DNA from: Eledone cirrhosa
Taxonomy: Eukaryota
NCBI GenBank assembly: GCA_964016885.1
Contig: OZ024742.1
Span: forward strand, 365,366,001-365,430,000
Length of the DNA: 64,000 nucleotides
Direction of reading: 5' to 3'
The stretch's first letter is position 1. Each line of letters opens with the position of its first letter. This document shows, piece after piece, positions 31,711-45,700 of this stretch. The notes beneath the pieces were generated by a model. It was not told where the DNA came from, searched no databases, and saw only the letters and a list, made by a program, of their open reading frames with translations. The position numbers and the translations under genes are program-made.

Positions 31711-32556
31711 ATGCTTCAAGCAAACTTCAATACACTCTTATCCTTACACCTGAGTCAGGAATTGTTTGCATCCGTAAGGGAACTGTTTAGACTGTCGGAG
31801 AAATGGGCCAACGCTGGCTGCCAAATTATTTTCCTGAAACGCTGCCTAAAAAACGATGTCATCCCCAACACCATCAAGACCATCCGCTTACCAGTAAGCC
31901 TACGTACACCAGCCTTCCAAAACACCACTAACCGCATACATCGCACGTGTATTAAACAGATCCTGAGACATCTCAACCGCCAATTACACGTCCATAAGCG
32001 GACACTCTCAGAGCGGACACATCGACTGCCAATAGCACCCGGAGACTTGCTCCTGAAAATCACTAAAGCAATCGACCAGTGCTACCACTCCAGAGTCCAA
32101 TACGAGAAAAAACGGCTCAAGCGAAAATATGAGTGGATCTTGTCGAAACGCCACAACGAGAACATCGACACTAACGAACAGACGGACCAGAACCACGTGG
32201 AAAACAACAACTTAACAACCGCCACCGCCGCAACCACCAACACCGAGCCATACCTCAACGATGCGACGCACCTGGTCACCTACCTAACCGGCACTCTCAC
32301 GAGCGACCAGCTGAAACTCCTACACCTCGGACCCAAGTTCATCGTCACACAACGTCTCGACGACAGACTCAAACTCAACATCGAGGCCAACTTTTGTCGA
32401 GCCGCTTACCAACTTAAATGGGTGACCGCCATCAACAGCGCCACAGAAAATAACAGCGCCGACGCAACCCACCCCAAGTTCCCCACTTACCACCCCGACA
32501 ACCCACTCCAACCCCACCTACCAACCACGAACTCGACACTAAACTCATCAGGCTAA
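31711..32556 (+). pseudogene. PLE ORF N-terminal region (frameshifted downstream)
   Basis: FLKRCLKNDVIPNTIK and LTSDQLKLLHLGPKF resemble the conserved PLE N-terminal motifs (FL..C....IP; L..L.LG.KF). ATG at 31711. Confidence 0.8.
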
Positions 32557-32639
32557 AACACTCCATCTCGGATATACTTCACAAACACACACACACACGC
32601 ACAACACATAACCTCACCAAATCTCAACTCACCACTCTC

Positions 32640-33719
32640 TCCACCACTGACATCCACCAACTCCTATCCATCGTCGTCGACAACACCTATTTCGGATTCA
32701 TTGACCAAATATACCAACAACCCTCGGGATTGCCCATGGGATCAAGCCTATCAGGTGTGCTAGCGATCTCTTACATGGACAACCTCGAACGAAAGGCACT
32801 CAACGCATGCCACCCCAACGCCGTAGCCTTTTTCTCAAGGTACGTGGACGATATCCTCATCCTCACATCTTCCCAAGACACGGCGAACAGAATCTATGAG
32901 ACGTTCAACAACATGGACGAGAACATTGACTTCAGTGTTGAACACCCCAACGAAGACGGGTCACTTGCCCTCCTCGACTTCCGAATCAACATCACGGAAC
33001 AGGGAAGGATCCACTGCAACTTCTACCGAAAGGCAGCCTGCAGGGACCTATTCGTTCACTACAAGTCCGCTCTCCCTAACAGTGCCAAAAGAGGATACAT
33101 CACGAACGAGATCGCGCGAATCAAAAACAGATACAGCGATCCCGCGAGTGGTGTCACTCATACCAAGCGATTCCTCGAGGTGCTGGAGACGAACGGGTAC
33201 CCTACCTCGCTCACAGACAGAGTAGGAGACACCATACACAAGAGACAGAGAGGCACCCAAGGCAAGTGCTTCCTTAAAATGCCACACCTGGTCGAGAAAA
33301 CCACCAACGCTATCCGCATGGCCCACTCGGGCCCCTCTCTACGAAGATGCCTCTCCAGGAAACCCGAAAAATCTACTGACGCATGCTCCCTCAGAGACTG
33401 CCCGATACGCCATGCGAACTGTTGCCTACGCACATACGTCGTGTATAAGATAGAATGTGACAGGTGCAACCAATACTACATAGGTAGCACAATTCGACCT
33501 TTGCACATCTGGATCAAGGAACACATTAAAACCAGGGCCTCGTCCTTCCGGAAACACATAGACAAATGCGGAAACAAAGATGGAAGGCCCATTGTCACAA
33601 TTCTAGCGACTGAAAGAAACGTCGGCACGTTACGTATCAAGGAAGCGCTTTTTATCAAACGACTGCAACCGCAAATAAACTACCGATCAGAGAGAAGCGA
33701 AATGAGATGGCTGGTTTAA
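32640..33719 (+). pseudogene. PLE reverse transcriptase C-terminal half + Cys linker + GIY-YIG endonuclease
   Basis: YQQPSGLPMGSSLSGVLAISYMDNLE, RYVDDIL, LALLDFRI, FYRK, NGYP; linker CSLRDCPIRHANCC; VVYKIECDRCNQYYIGSTIRPLHIWIKEH and IKEALFI (GIY-YIG). Confidence 0.95.
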
Positions 33720-33744
33720 GTTAACAAGCGATGCAACAACACAC

Positions 33745-33815
<71 letters not shown>

Positions 33816-34176
33816 GCAAACGAGACAACTACACACACACACGCACACACACACAGTACCATTCCACCATACGAATATACTATACTGCCAATACAGAGGA
33901 ACAAGGCAACAACACACGCACACACACACACACACACTCAAGCGAGACAACAACACACGCACACACACACACAGTAACATTTAACAAACAGGCAGAGAAT
34001 GGACTGACAGCTAGCGCCATCCCACTCCCTCATTCGGCCGCTGACCTCTGTACGACCGACCCATTTCACGCGCACGGGCGCTCTGCCGAATACCTCAGAT
34101 ATTCAAAACAACAAACAGCGAAGGACGCGTTCCGGACTTGTCCGACAGACAACCGTTTCCCCCACCCCGGAAAAAA

Positions 34177-34213
34177 TCCCAGTTGATGGATGTGAATCCG
34201 AAATATATAGGGA
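34177..34213 (+). ncRNA. degenerate minimal hammerhead in the PLE downstream pLTR
   Basis: TCC-CAGTTGA-T-GGAT-GTGA-ATCC-GAAA-TATATA-GGGA. Stems and GAAA are intact, but the CTGATGA core carries two substitutions. Confidence 0.5.
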
Positions 34214-34529
34214 CTATTAAATCTCTCCCAAGGTAACTCTCTCTTGTGTTGTTATTTTTATTTTATCCTTTATACTCTTCCCTTCATTCTACACATCTCA
34301 CACATCTTATACACACCACACATCTCAACGTACACCCACTTACATCTCTCTCTCCACCACCGGACCTTGTTACCCGGAGATTTACCCATTTGCATTGTCG
34401 AGGCTTCCAAACGACTTAAAGATAATCTTATATATATCCAATGTTATCACTCCATACATACAAATACATTTGCATAAATAATTCATTGTCGAATCTGGTG
34501 TTTAAAGCTTACATAGTAAGCTTACATTA

Positions 34530-34812
34530 CTGGTCTCGTAAGGATGAAAGGCAAAGTTAACCTTGGCGGGATTTGAACTCAGACCGTAAAGGGACGTATC
34601 TATACTGGAAAGCATGGCGTCCCTTCATATATAATTGTTTCTACTTTTGGCACAAGGCCAGTAATTACCCAGTGCATTACTGGTACTTTATTTTATCGAC
34701 CCCGTAAGGATGAAAGGCAAAGTTAACCTCGGCGGGATTTGAACTCAGAATGGCTAGGGCCGTAACTATGCGTCAAAGCATGGCGTCCGACTCTCTACCG
34801 ATACTGCCAATA
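34530..34812 (-). mobile_element. two adjacent copies of the same SINE family
   Basis: Partial copy 34530-34625 and near-complete copy 34633-34812. Confidence 0.85.
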
Positions 34813-35334
34813 ATGACTTTCAGAGAGTTCAGGCAGGTACTATTGGCTACATCTGAATCGCGTTATCTGAAGGTTTGACAATTTTACAAGATGGCTGTGC
34901 ACATGCAATATGCAATATAAAAGTGTGTGTATGTGCACATTTGTGTGTACATGTATATATAAAAATACACGTGTATGTGTATGTGTGTATGTGTCTGTAT
35001 TAGAGCGCGAGTTAAAGTGTTTTAATGTACGTGCTCAAGTTTTAGTGAAAGTGCACGAGTGTTTGTAAGTATGTGTGTGAGTGTGTGTGTGTGTGTGCAT
35101 GTGTAGGTGTGTGTGTGTATGTGTGTGTGTGCATCTGTCTGTGTGTGTCTCTGTGTGTGTGTGTATGTGTAGGTGGGTGTCTGTGTGTGTGTGTAGGTGT
35201 GTGTATGTGTAGGTGTGTGTATCTGTGTAGGTGTGTCTGTGTGTGTGTGTGTATGTATGTGTCTGTGTGTGTGTGTATGTGTAGGTGTGTGTGTATGTGT
35301 AGGTGTGTGTATGCATGTGTCTATATATATGCAC

Positions 35335-35560
35335 GTGTTGGACATCCGTCTGTTTCAACGACGAGCTTTCAATTCTTTCAACAGAACAGCTTACCTGTTA
35401 GAGTAGTGTAGTATTTCTCAGACAGGTGCACCTTGATATAATTCTCAGGGAGATTCACTATAACAGTGTGTGATGAGAATTCCCCGTTTAGATGACAGGT
35501 ATTACTTAGTTCTGACAAATGAGTGAACGGAAGCCAGGTAAAATAAATTGTTTTAATGAA
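35335..35560 (-). mobile_element. old SINE-like repeat fragment
   Basis: GACATCC..GTTTC.ACGA.GAG..GAACAGC is similar to 2535-2700 and partly to 20530-20620. Strand is inferred from recalled Octopus SINE consensus. Confidence 0.5.
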
Positions 35561-35917
35561 GGGCTCATGTTAAGGATCATGAGCGGACAACACATTTACA
35601 CACCTGCCTTCACATTGTCACAGACACACACGTAAGCATATATGCATTCATATATTCACACATACACATGTATGCATACATATGTTTACACAGACATACG
35701 CAATTATGCACACCTGCACATGCATGCATACATATATTTACACATATACACACAAATATGCATACATATATGCACACATTCACATGCATGCATACATATA
35801 TACACACACATATATACACCCAATCTAAACTATAATAAAGGAAGGTCTGCGGGACTGCGTACGGTTTCTTTTTTTTTATCCTGTTAGTAAAATAAGTTGG
35901 ATTACTTTGAATAAATA

Positions 35918-36095
35918 ATTGTTTCTACTTTTGGCACAAGACCAGCAATTACCCAGTACATTACTGGTACTTTATTTTATCGACCCAGTAAGGATGAAAG
36001 GCAAAGTGAACCTCGGCGGGATTTGAACTCAGACCGTAAAGGGACGTAACTATGCTGGAAAGCATGGGTCCGACTCTCTACTGATACTGCCAATT
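35918..36095 (-). mobile_element. same SINE family
   Basis: Near-identical to 34633-34812. Confidence 0.88.
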
Positions 36096-36658
36096 CAATG
36101 CAGGAATATTACATAATTTATCTACTAAATTTCGTAAACAAAAATAATTTCGTAAAAATAAATAATTTAAAATTAACTTCTTTTCAAAGTTCCAATTCCG
36201 GTATATCGTTGCCACCACCACCACTTCAACTACGATATATATAGAAAGAGAGAGTGTGTGATGTAAACACTTCCGGTGGCGATCACTTAAACAAACATAC
36301 TAATTTTCTGTCACTCATTTTTTCTCATTGTGCAGTTTATATATAATATCGGCTTTTTTTAATGTATCATAGATTACGTTACTGATTACATAAGACACTG
36401 TAACACAGTCTTCGTTCAATTTCTGTTTATATTGTCAGTTACGATTTTATTTAATGTATCATATCTACATGTATATATATTTGCGTATAATATCAATATA
36501 CACACTATACATACTAGCAGAAAAATCACTCGAAGGGTTGTTTTTCTGCTAGTACAATATAAAGGCTATGGAGCATCACACAACAGGAATATAGATATAT
36601 TAATACTGGTGGCCGAGGACACGGTAATATCTGATAGAGTGTCTAACACCTCATTCAG

Positions 36659-36721
36659 GTGAAAGCATCCACCTGGGAACCTGAAGACTACAAATACAAC
36701 AACCCACCCAAGTCACATCAG
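36659..36721 (+). CDS. putative 63-nt phase 0-0 exon (VKASTWEPEDYKYNNPPKSHQ) of an unidentified gene; its 3' end is the first satellite unit
   Basis: Upstream CTAAC (branch-like) and CTCATTCAG acceptor at 36650-36658; downstream CAG|GTAAAC donor. Only frame 0 is open; the other two frames hit TGA. The polypyrimidine tract is short and no homolog was recognised. Confidence 0.4.
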
Positions 36722-39700
36722 GTAAACCCCAAATACAACGACCCACCGAAACCACATCAGGTAAATCTCAAATACAACGACCCACCAAAACCACATCAGG
36801 TAAACCCCAAGTACAACGACACACCGAAACCACATCAGGTAAACCCCAAATACAACGACCCACCAAACCATATCAAGTAAACCCCAAATACAACGACCCA
36901 CCGAAACCACATCAGGTAAACCCCAAATACATGGACCTACCAAACCCCATCAGGTAAACCCCAAATACAACGACACAAGGAAACCACATCAGGTAAACCT
37001 CAAATACAACGACCCAACAAACCATATCAGGTAAACGCCAAATACAACGACCCACCGAAACCACATCAGGTAAACCCCAAATACAACGATCCACGAAACC
37101 ATATCAGGTAAACCCCAAATGCAACGACCCAGCAAACCATATCAGGTAAACCCCAAATACAACGACCCACCGAAACCTCATCAGGTATACCTCAAATACA
37201 ACGACCCACCGAAACGTCATCAGGTAAACCCCAAATACAACGACACACCGAAACCACATCAGGTAAACCCCAAATACAACGACCCACCAAACCATATCAG
37301 GTAAACCCCAAATACAACGACCCACCGAAACCACATCAGGTAAACGCCAAATACAACGACCCGCCAAACCATATCAGGTAAACACCAAATACAACGACCC
37401 ACCAAACCATATCAGGTAAACCCCAAATACAACGACCCACCAAACCACATCAGGTAAATCCCAAATACAACGACCCACCAAACCACATCAGGTAAACCCC
37501 AAATACAACGACCCACGGAAACCACATCAGGTAAACCCCAAATACAACGACCCACCAAACCACACCAGGTAAACCCCAAATACAACGACCCACCAAACGA
37601 GATCAGGTAAACCCCAAATACAACGACCCACCAAACCATATCAGGTAAACCTCAAATACAACGACCCACCAAACCACATCAGGTAAACCTCAAATACAAC
37701 GACCCACCAAATCATATCAGGTAAACCCCAAATACAACGACCCACCAAACCACATCAGGTAAACCCCAAATACAACGACCCACCAAACCATATCAGGTAA
37801 ACCCCAAATACAACGACCCACCAAACCACATCAGGTAAACCCCAAATACAACGACCCACCAAACCATATCAGGTAAACCTCAAATACAACGATCCACCAA
37901 ACCATATCATGTAAACCCCAAATAAAACGACCCACCGAACCATATCAGGTAAACCACAAATACAACGACCCACCAAACCCTATCAGCTAAACCCCAAATA
38001 CAACGACCCACCAAATCACATCAAGTAAACCCCAAATAGAACGACCCACCGAAACCACATCAGGTAAACCCCAAATACAACGACAAACCAAACCATATTA
38101 GGTAAACCTCAAATACAACCACCCACCAAACCATATCAGGTAAACCTCAAATACAACGACCCACCAACAACATCAGGTAAACCCCAAATACAACGAACCA
38201 CCAAACCACATCAAGTAAACCACAAATACAACGACCCAACAGACCACATCAGGTAAACCCCAAGAACAACCACCTACCAAACCATATCATGTAAACCCCA
38301 AATACAAGGACCCACCAAACCATATCAGGTAAACCCCAAATAAACGACCCACCAAACTATATCAGGTAAATCCCAAATACAACGACCCACCAAACCACAT
38401 AAGGTTACCGCAAATACAACGCCCCACCAAACCATATCACTTAAACCCCAAATACAACGACCCACCAAACCATATCAGGTAAACCCCAAATACAACGACC
38501 CACTTAACCACATCAGGTAAACCCCAAATACAACGACCCACCAAACCATATCAGGTAAACCCCAAATAAAACGACCCACCAAACCATATCAGGTAAACCC
38601 CAAATACAACGACCCAACAAACCACATCAGGTAAACCCCAAATACAACGACCCACCAAACCATATCAGGTAAACCTCAAATACAACGACCCACCAAACCA
38701 TATCAGGTAAACCCCAAATACAAAGACCCACCAAACCACACCAGGTAAATCTGAAATACAACGACCCCCCAAACCAGATCAGGTAAACCTCAAATAAAAC
38801 GACCCACCAAACCACATCAGGTAAACCCCTAATACAACGACCCACCAAACCATATCAGGTAAACCCCAAATACAACGACCCACCAAACCACATCAGGTAA
38901 ACCCCAAATACAACGACCCACCAAACCACATCAGGTAAACCCCAAATACAACGACCCACCAAACCACATCAGGTAAACCCCAAATACAACGACCCACCAA
39001 ATCATATCAGGTAAATCCCAAATACAACGACCCACCAAACCATATCAGGTAAACCCCAAATACAACGACCCACCAAACCATATCAGGTAAACCCCAAATA
39101 CAACGACCCACCAAACCACATCAGGTAAACCCCAAATACAACGACCCACCAAACCATATCAGGTAAACCCCAAATACAACGACCCACCAAACCACATCAG
39201 GTAAACCCCAAATACAATGACCCACCAAACCATATCAGGTAAACCCCAAATACAACGACCCACCAAACCATATCAGGTAAACCCCAAATACAACGACCCA
39301 CCAAACCATATCAGGTAAACCCCAAATACAACGACCCACCAAACCACATCAGGTAAACCCCAAATACAACGACCCACTTAACCACATCAGGTAAACCTCA
39401 AATACAACGACCTCCCAAACCATATTAAGTAAACCCCAAATACAACGACCCACCAAACTATATCAGCTAAACCCCCAATACAACGACCCACCAAACCATA
39501 TCAGGTTAACCCCAAATACAACGACCCACCAAGCCATATCAGGTAAACCCCAAATACAACGACCCACCAAACCATATCAGGTAAACCCCAAATACAACGA
39601 CCCACCAAACCATATCAGGTAAACCATAAATACAACGACCCACTTAACCACATCAGGTAAACCCCAAATACAACGACCCACCAAACCATATCAGGTAAAC

Positions 39701-42700
39701 CCCAAATAAAACGACCCACCAAACCATATCAGGTAAACCCCAAATACAACGACCCAACAAACCACATCAGGTAAACCCCAAATACAACGACCCACCAAAC
39801 CATATCAGGTAAACCCCAAATACAACGACCCAACAAACCACATCAGGTAAACCCCAAAACAACGACCTACCAAACCATATCAGGTAAACCTCAAATACAA
39901 CGACCCACCAAACCATATCAGGTAAACCCCAAATACAAAGACCCACCAAACCACACCAGGTAAATCTGAAATACAACGACCCACCAAACCAGATCAGGTA
40001 AACCTCAAATACAACGAACCATCAAACCACATCAGGTAAACCCCAAATAAAACGACCCACCAAACCATATCAGGTAAACCCCAAATACAACGACCCACCA
40101 AACTATATCAGGTAAACCCCAAATACAACGACCCACCAAACCACATCAGGTAAACCCCAAATACAACGACCCATCAAACCATATCAGGTAAACCCCAAAT
40201 ACAACGACCCACCAAACCATATCAGGTAAAACCCAAATACAACGACCCACCAAACCACATCAGGTAAACCCCAAATACAACGACCCACCAAACCACATCA
40301 GGTAAACCCCAAATACAATGACCCACCAAACCACATCAGGTAAACCCCAAATACAACGACCCACCAAACCACATCAGGTAAACCCCAAATACAACGACCC
40401 ATCAAACCATATCAGGTTAACCCCAAATACAACGACCCACCAAACCATATCAGATAAACCCCAAATACAACGACCCACCAACCCATATCAGGTAAACCCC
40501 AAATACAACGACCCACCAAACCATATCAGATAAATCCCAAATACAACGACCCACCAAACCACATCAGGTAAACCCCAAATACAACGACCCACCAAACCAT
40601 ATCAGGTAAACCCCAAATACAACGACAAACCAAACCATATCAGGTAAACCCCAAATACAACGACCCACCAAACCATATCAGGTAAACCCCAAATACAACG
40701 ACCCACCAAACCACATCAGGTAAACCTCAAATACAACGACCCACCAACCACATCAGGTAAACTGCAAATACAACGACCCACCAAACCACATCAGGTAAAC
40801 CCCTAATACAACGACCCACCAAACCACATCAGGTAAACCCCAAATACAACGACCCACCAAACCATATCAGGTAAACCTCAAATACAACGACCCACCAAAC
40901 CATATCAGGTAAACCCCAAATACAACGACCCACCAAACCACATCAGGTAAACCTCAAATACAAGGACCCACCAACCACATCAGGTAAACTGCAAATACAA
41001 CGACCCACCAAACCACATCAGGTAATCCCCATATACAACGACCCAACAAACCACATCAGGTAAACCCCAAATACAACGACCCACCAACCACATCAGGTAA
41101 TCTGCAAATACAACGACCCACCAAACCACATCAGGTAAACCCCAAATACAACGACCCACCAAACCATATCAGGTAAACCCCAAATACAAAGACCCACCAA
41201 CCACATCAGGTAAACCTCAAATACAACGACGCACCAACCACATCAGGTAAACTGCAAATACAACGACCCACCAAACCACATCAGGTAAACCCCAAATACA
41301 GTGACCCACCAAACCACATCAGGTAAACCCCAAATACAACGACCCACCAACCACATCAGGTAAACTGCAAATACAACGACCCACCAAACCACATCAGGTA
41401 AACCCCAAATACAACGACCCACCAAACCATATCAGGTAAACCTCAAATACAACGACCCACCAAACCATATCAGGTAAACCCCAAATACAACGACCAACCA
41501 AACCACATCAGGTAAACCTCAATTACAAGGACCCACCAACCACCTCAGGTAAACTGCAAATACAACGACCCACCAAACCACATCAGGTAAACCCCAAATA
41601 CAACGACCCACCAAACCACATCAGGTTAACCCCAAATACAACGACCCACCAAACCATATAAGGTAAACCCCAAATACAACGACCCACCAAACAATATCAG
41701 GTAAACCCCAAATACAACGACCCACTAAACCACATCAGGTAAACCCCAAATACAACGACCCACCAAACCACATCAGGTAAACCCCAAATACAACGACCCA
41801 CCAAACCACATCAGGTTAACCCCAAATACAACGACCCACCAAACCATATAAGGTAAACCCCAAATACAACGACCCACCAAACAATATCAGGTAAACCCCA
41901 AATACAACGACCCACTAAACCACATCAGGTAAACCCCAAATACAACGACCCACCAAACCACATCAGGTAAACCCCAAATACAACGACCCACCAAACCACA
42001 TCAGGTTAACCCCAAATACAACGACCCACCAAACCATATAAGGTAAACCCCAAATACAACGACCCGCCAAACCATATCAGGTAAACCCCAAATACAACGA
42101 CCCACTAAACCACATCAGGTAAACCCCAAATACAACGACCCACCAAACCATATCAGGTAAACTCCAAATACAACGACCCACCAAACCACATCAGGTAAAC
42201 TGCAAATACAACGACCCACCAAACCACATCAGGTAAACCCCAAATACAACGACCCACCAAACCACATCAGGTTAACCCCAAATACAACGACCCACCAAAC
42301 CATATAAGGTAAACCCCAAATACAACGACCCGCCAAACCATATCAGGTAAACCCCAAATACAACGACCCACTAAACCACATCAGGTAAACCCCAAATACA
42401 ACGACCCACCAAACCATATCAGGTAAACCCCAAATACAACGACCCACCAAACCACATCAGGTAAACCTCAAATACAACGACCCACCAAACCATATCAGGT
42501 AAACCCCAAATACAACGACCCACCAACCACATCAGGTAAACTACAAATACAACGACCCAACAAACCACATCAGGTAAACCCCAAATACAACGACCCACCA
42601 AACCACATCAGGTAAACCCCAAATACAACGACCCACCAACCACATCAGGTAAACTGCAAATACAACGACCCACCAAACCACATCAGGTAAACCCCAAATA

Positions 42701-45700
42701 CAACGACCCACCAAACCATATCAGGTAAACCTCAAATACAACGACCCACCAAACCATATCAGGTAAACCCCAAATACAACGACCAACCAAACCACATCAG
42801 GTAAACCTCAATTACAAGGACCCACCAACCACCTCAGGTAAACTGCAAATACAACGACCCACCAAACCACATCAGGTAAACCCCAAATACAACGACCCAC
42901 CAAACCACATCAGGTTAACCCCAAATACAACGACCCACCAAACCATATAAGGTAAACCCCAAATACAACGACCCACCAAACAATATCAGGTAAACCCCAA
43001 ATACAACGACCCACTAAACCACATCAGGTAAACCCCAAATACAACGACCCACCAAACCACATCAGGTAAACCCCAAATACAACGACCCACCAAACCACAT
43101 CAGGTTAACCCCAAATACAACGACCCACCAAACCATATAAGGTAAACCCCAAATACAACGACCCACCAAACAATATCAGGTAAACCCCAAATACAACGAC
43201 CCACTAAACCACATCAGGTAAACCCCAAATACAACGACCCACCAAACCACATCAGGTAAACCCCAAATACAACGACCCACCAAACCACATCAGGTTAACC
43301 CCAAATACAACGACCCACCAAACCATATAAGGTAAACCCCAAATACAACGACCCGCCAAACCATATCAGGTAAACCCCAAATACAACGACCCACTAAACC
43401 ACATCAGGTAAACCCCAAATACAACGACCCACCAAACCATATCAGGTAAACCCCAAATACAACGACCCACCAAACCACATCAGGTAAACTGCAAATACAA
43501 CGACCCACCAAATCATATCAGGTAAACCCCAAATACAACGACCCACCAAACCACATCAGGTTAACCCCAAATACAACGACCCACCAAACCATATAAAGTA
43601 AACCCCAAATACAACGACCCGCCAAACCATATCAGGTAAACCCCAAATACAACGACCCACTAAACCACATCAGGTAAACCCCAAATACAACGACCCACCA
43701 AACCATATCAGGTAAACCCCAAATACAACGACCCACCAAACCACATCAGGTAAACCTCAAATACAACGACCCACCAAACCATATCAGGTAAACCTCAAAT
43801 ACAACGACCCACCAAACCATATCAGGTAAACCCTAAATACAACGACCCACCAAACCATATCAGGTAAAACTCAAATACAACGACCCCCAAACCATATTAA
43901 TAAACCCCAAATACAACGACCCACCAAACCATATCAGGTAAACCCCAAATACAACGACCCACCAAACCATATCAGGTAAACCCGAAATACATCGACCCAC
44001 TTAACCACATCAGGTAAACCCCAAATACAACGACCCACCAAACCATATCAGGTAAACCCCAAATACAACGACCCACCAAACCATATCAGGTAAACCCCAA
44101 ATACAACGACCCAACAAACCACATCAGGTAAACCCCAAATACAACGACCCACCAAACCATATCAGGTAAACCTCAAATACAACGACCCACCAAACCATAT
44201 CAGGTAAACCCCAAATACAAAGACCCACCAAACCACACCAGGTAAATCTGAAATACAACGACCCACCAAACCAGATCAGGTAAACCTCAAAAACAATGAA
44301 CCACCAAACCATATCAGGTAAACCCCAAATACAACGACCCACCAAACCATATCAGGTAAACCCCAAATACAACGACCCACCAAACTATATCAGGTAAACC
44401 CCAAATACAACGACCCACCAAACCACATCAGGTAAACCCCAAATACAACGACCCATCAAACCATATCAGGTAAACCCCAAATACAGCGACCCACCAAACC
44501 ATATCAGGTAAAACCCAAATACAACGACCCACCAAACCACATCAGGTAAACCCCAAATACAATGACCCACCAAACCACATCAGGTAAACCCCAAATACAA
44601 CGACCCACCAAACCCCATCAGGTAAACCCCAAATACAACGACCCACCAAACCATATCAGGTAAACCCCAAATACAACGACCCACCAAACCATATCAGATA
44701 AACCCCAAATACAACGACCCACAAAACCATATCAGGTAAACCCCAAATACAACGACCCACCAAAACATATCAGATAAATCCCAAATACAACGACCCACCA
44801 AACCACATCAGGTAAACCCCAAATACAACGACCCACCAAACCATATCAGGTAAACCCCAAATACAACATCACACCAAACCATATCAGGTAAAACCCAAAT
44901 ACAACGACCCACCAAACCACATCAGGTAAACCTCAAATACAACGACGCACCAACGACATCAGGTAAACTGCAAATACAACGACCCACCAAACCACATCAG
45001 GTAAACCCCAAATACAACGACCCACCAAACCACATCAGGTAAACCCCAAATACAACGACCCACCAACCACATCAGGTAAACTGCAAATACAACGACCCAC
45101 CAAACCACATCAGGTAAACCCCAAATACAACGACCCACCAAACCATATCAGGTAAACCTGAAATACAACGACCCACCAAACCTTATCAGGTAAACCCCAA
45201 ATACAACGACCCACCAAACCACATCAGGTAAACCCCAAATACAACGACCCACCAAATCATATCAGGTAAACCCCAAATACAACGACCCACCAAACCACAT
45301 CAGGTAAACCCCAAATACAACGACCCACCAAACCACATCAGGTACACCCCAAATACAACGACCCACCAAACCACATCAGGTAAACCCCAAATACAACGAC
45401 CCACCAAATCATATCAGGTAAACCCCAAATACAACGACCCACCAAACCATATCAGGTAAACCCCAAATACAACGACCCACCAAACCATATCAGGTAAACC
45501 CCAAATACAACGACCCACCAAACCACATCAGGTAAACCCCAAATACAACGACCCTCCAAACCATATCAGGTAAACCCCAAATACAACGACCCACCAAACC
45601 ACATCAGGTAAACCCCAAATACAACGACCCACTTAACCACATCAGGTAAACCTCAAATACAACGACACCCCAAACCATATTAAGTAAACCCCAAATACAA

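Larger units (their letters stand above)
31510..34423 (+). mobile_element. Penelope-like retroelement (EN+), internally deleted, with ~160-bp terminal direct repeat (pLTR/tail)
   Basis: TCCTTTATACTCTTCCC...CGACTTAAAGAT occurs at ~31534-31691 and ~34266-34423. Between them lie the PLE N-terminal region, RT motifs and a GIY-YIG domain. A (CA)n 3' region and a degenerate HHR sit in the downstream pLTR. Confidence 0.93.

Noticed and set aside
31510-34423. LTR retrotransposon (direct terminal repeats)
   Set aside because: No TG..CA termini, gag, protease or integrase. The RT and GIY-YIG are Penelope-type.
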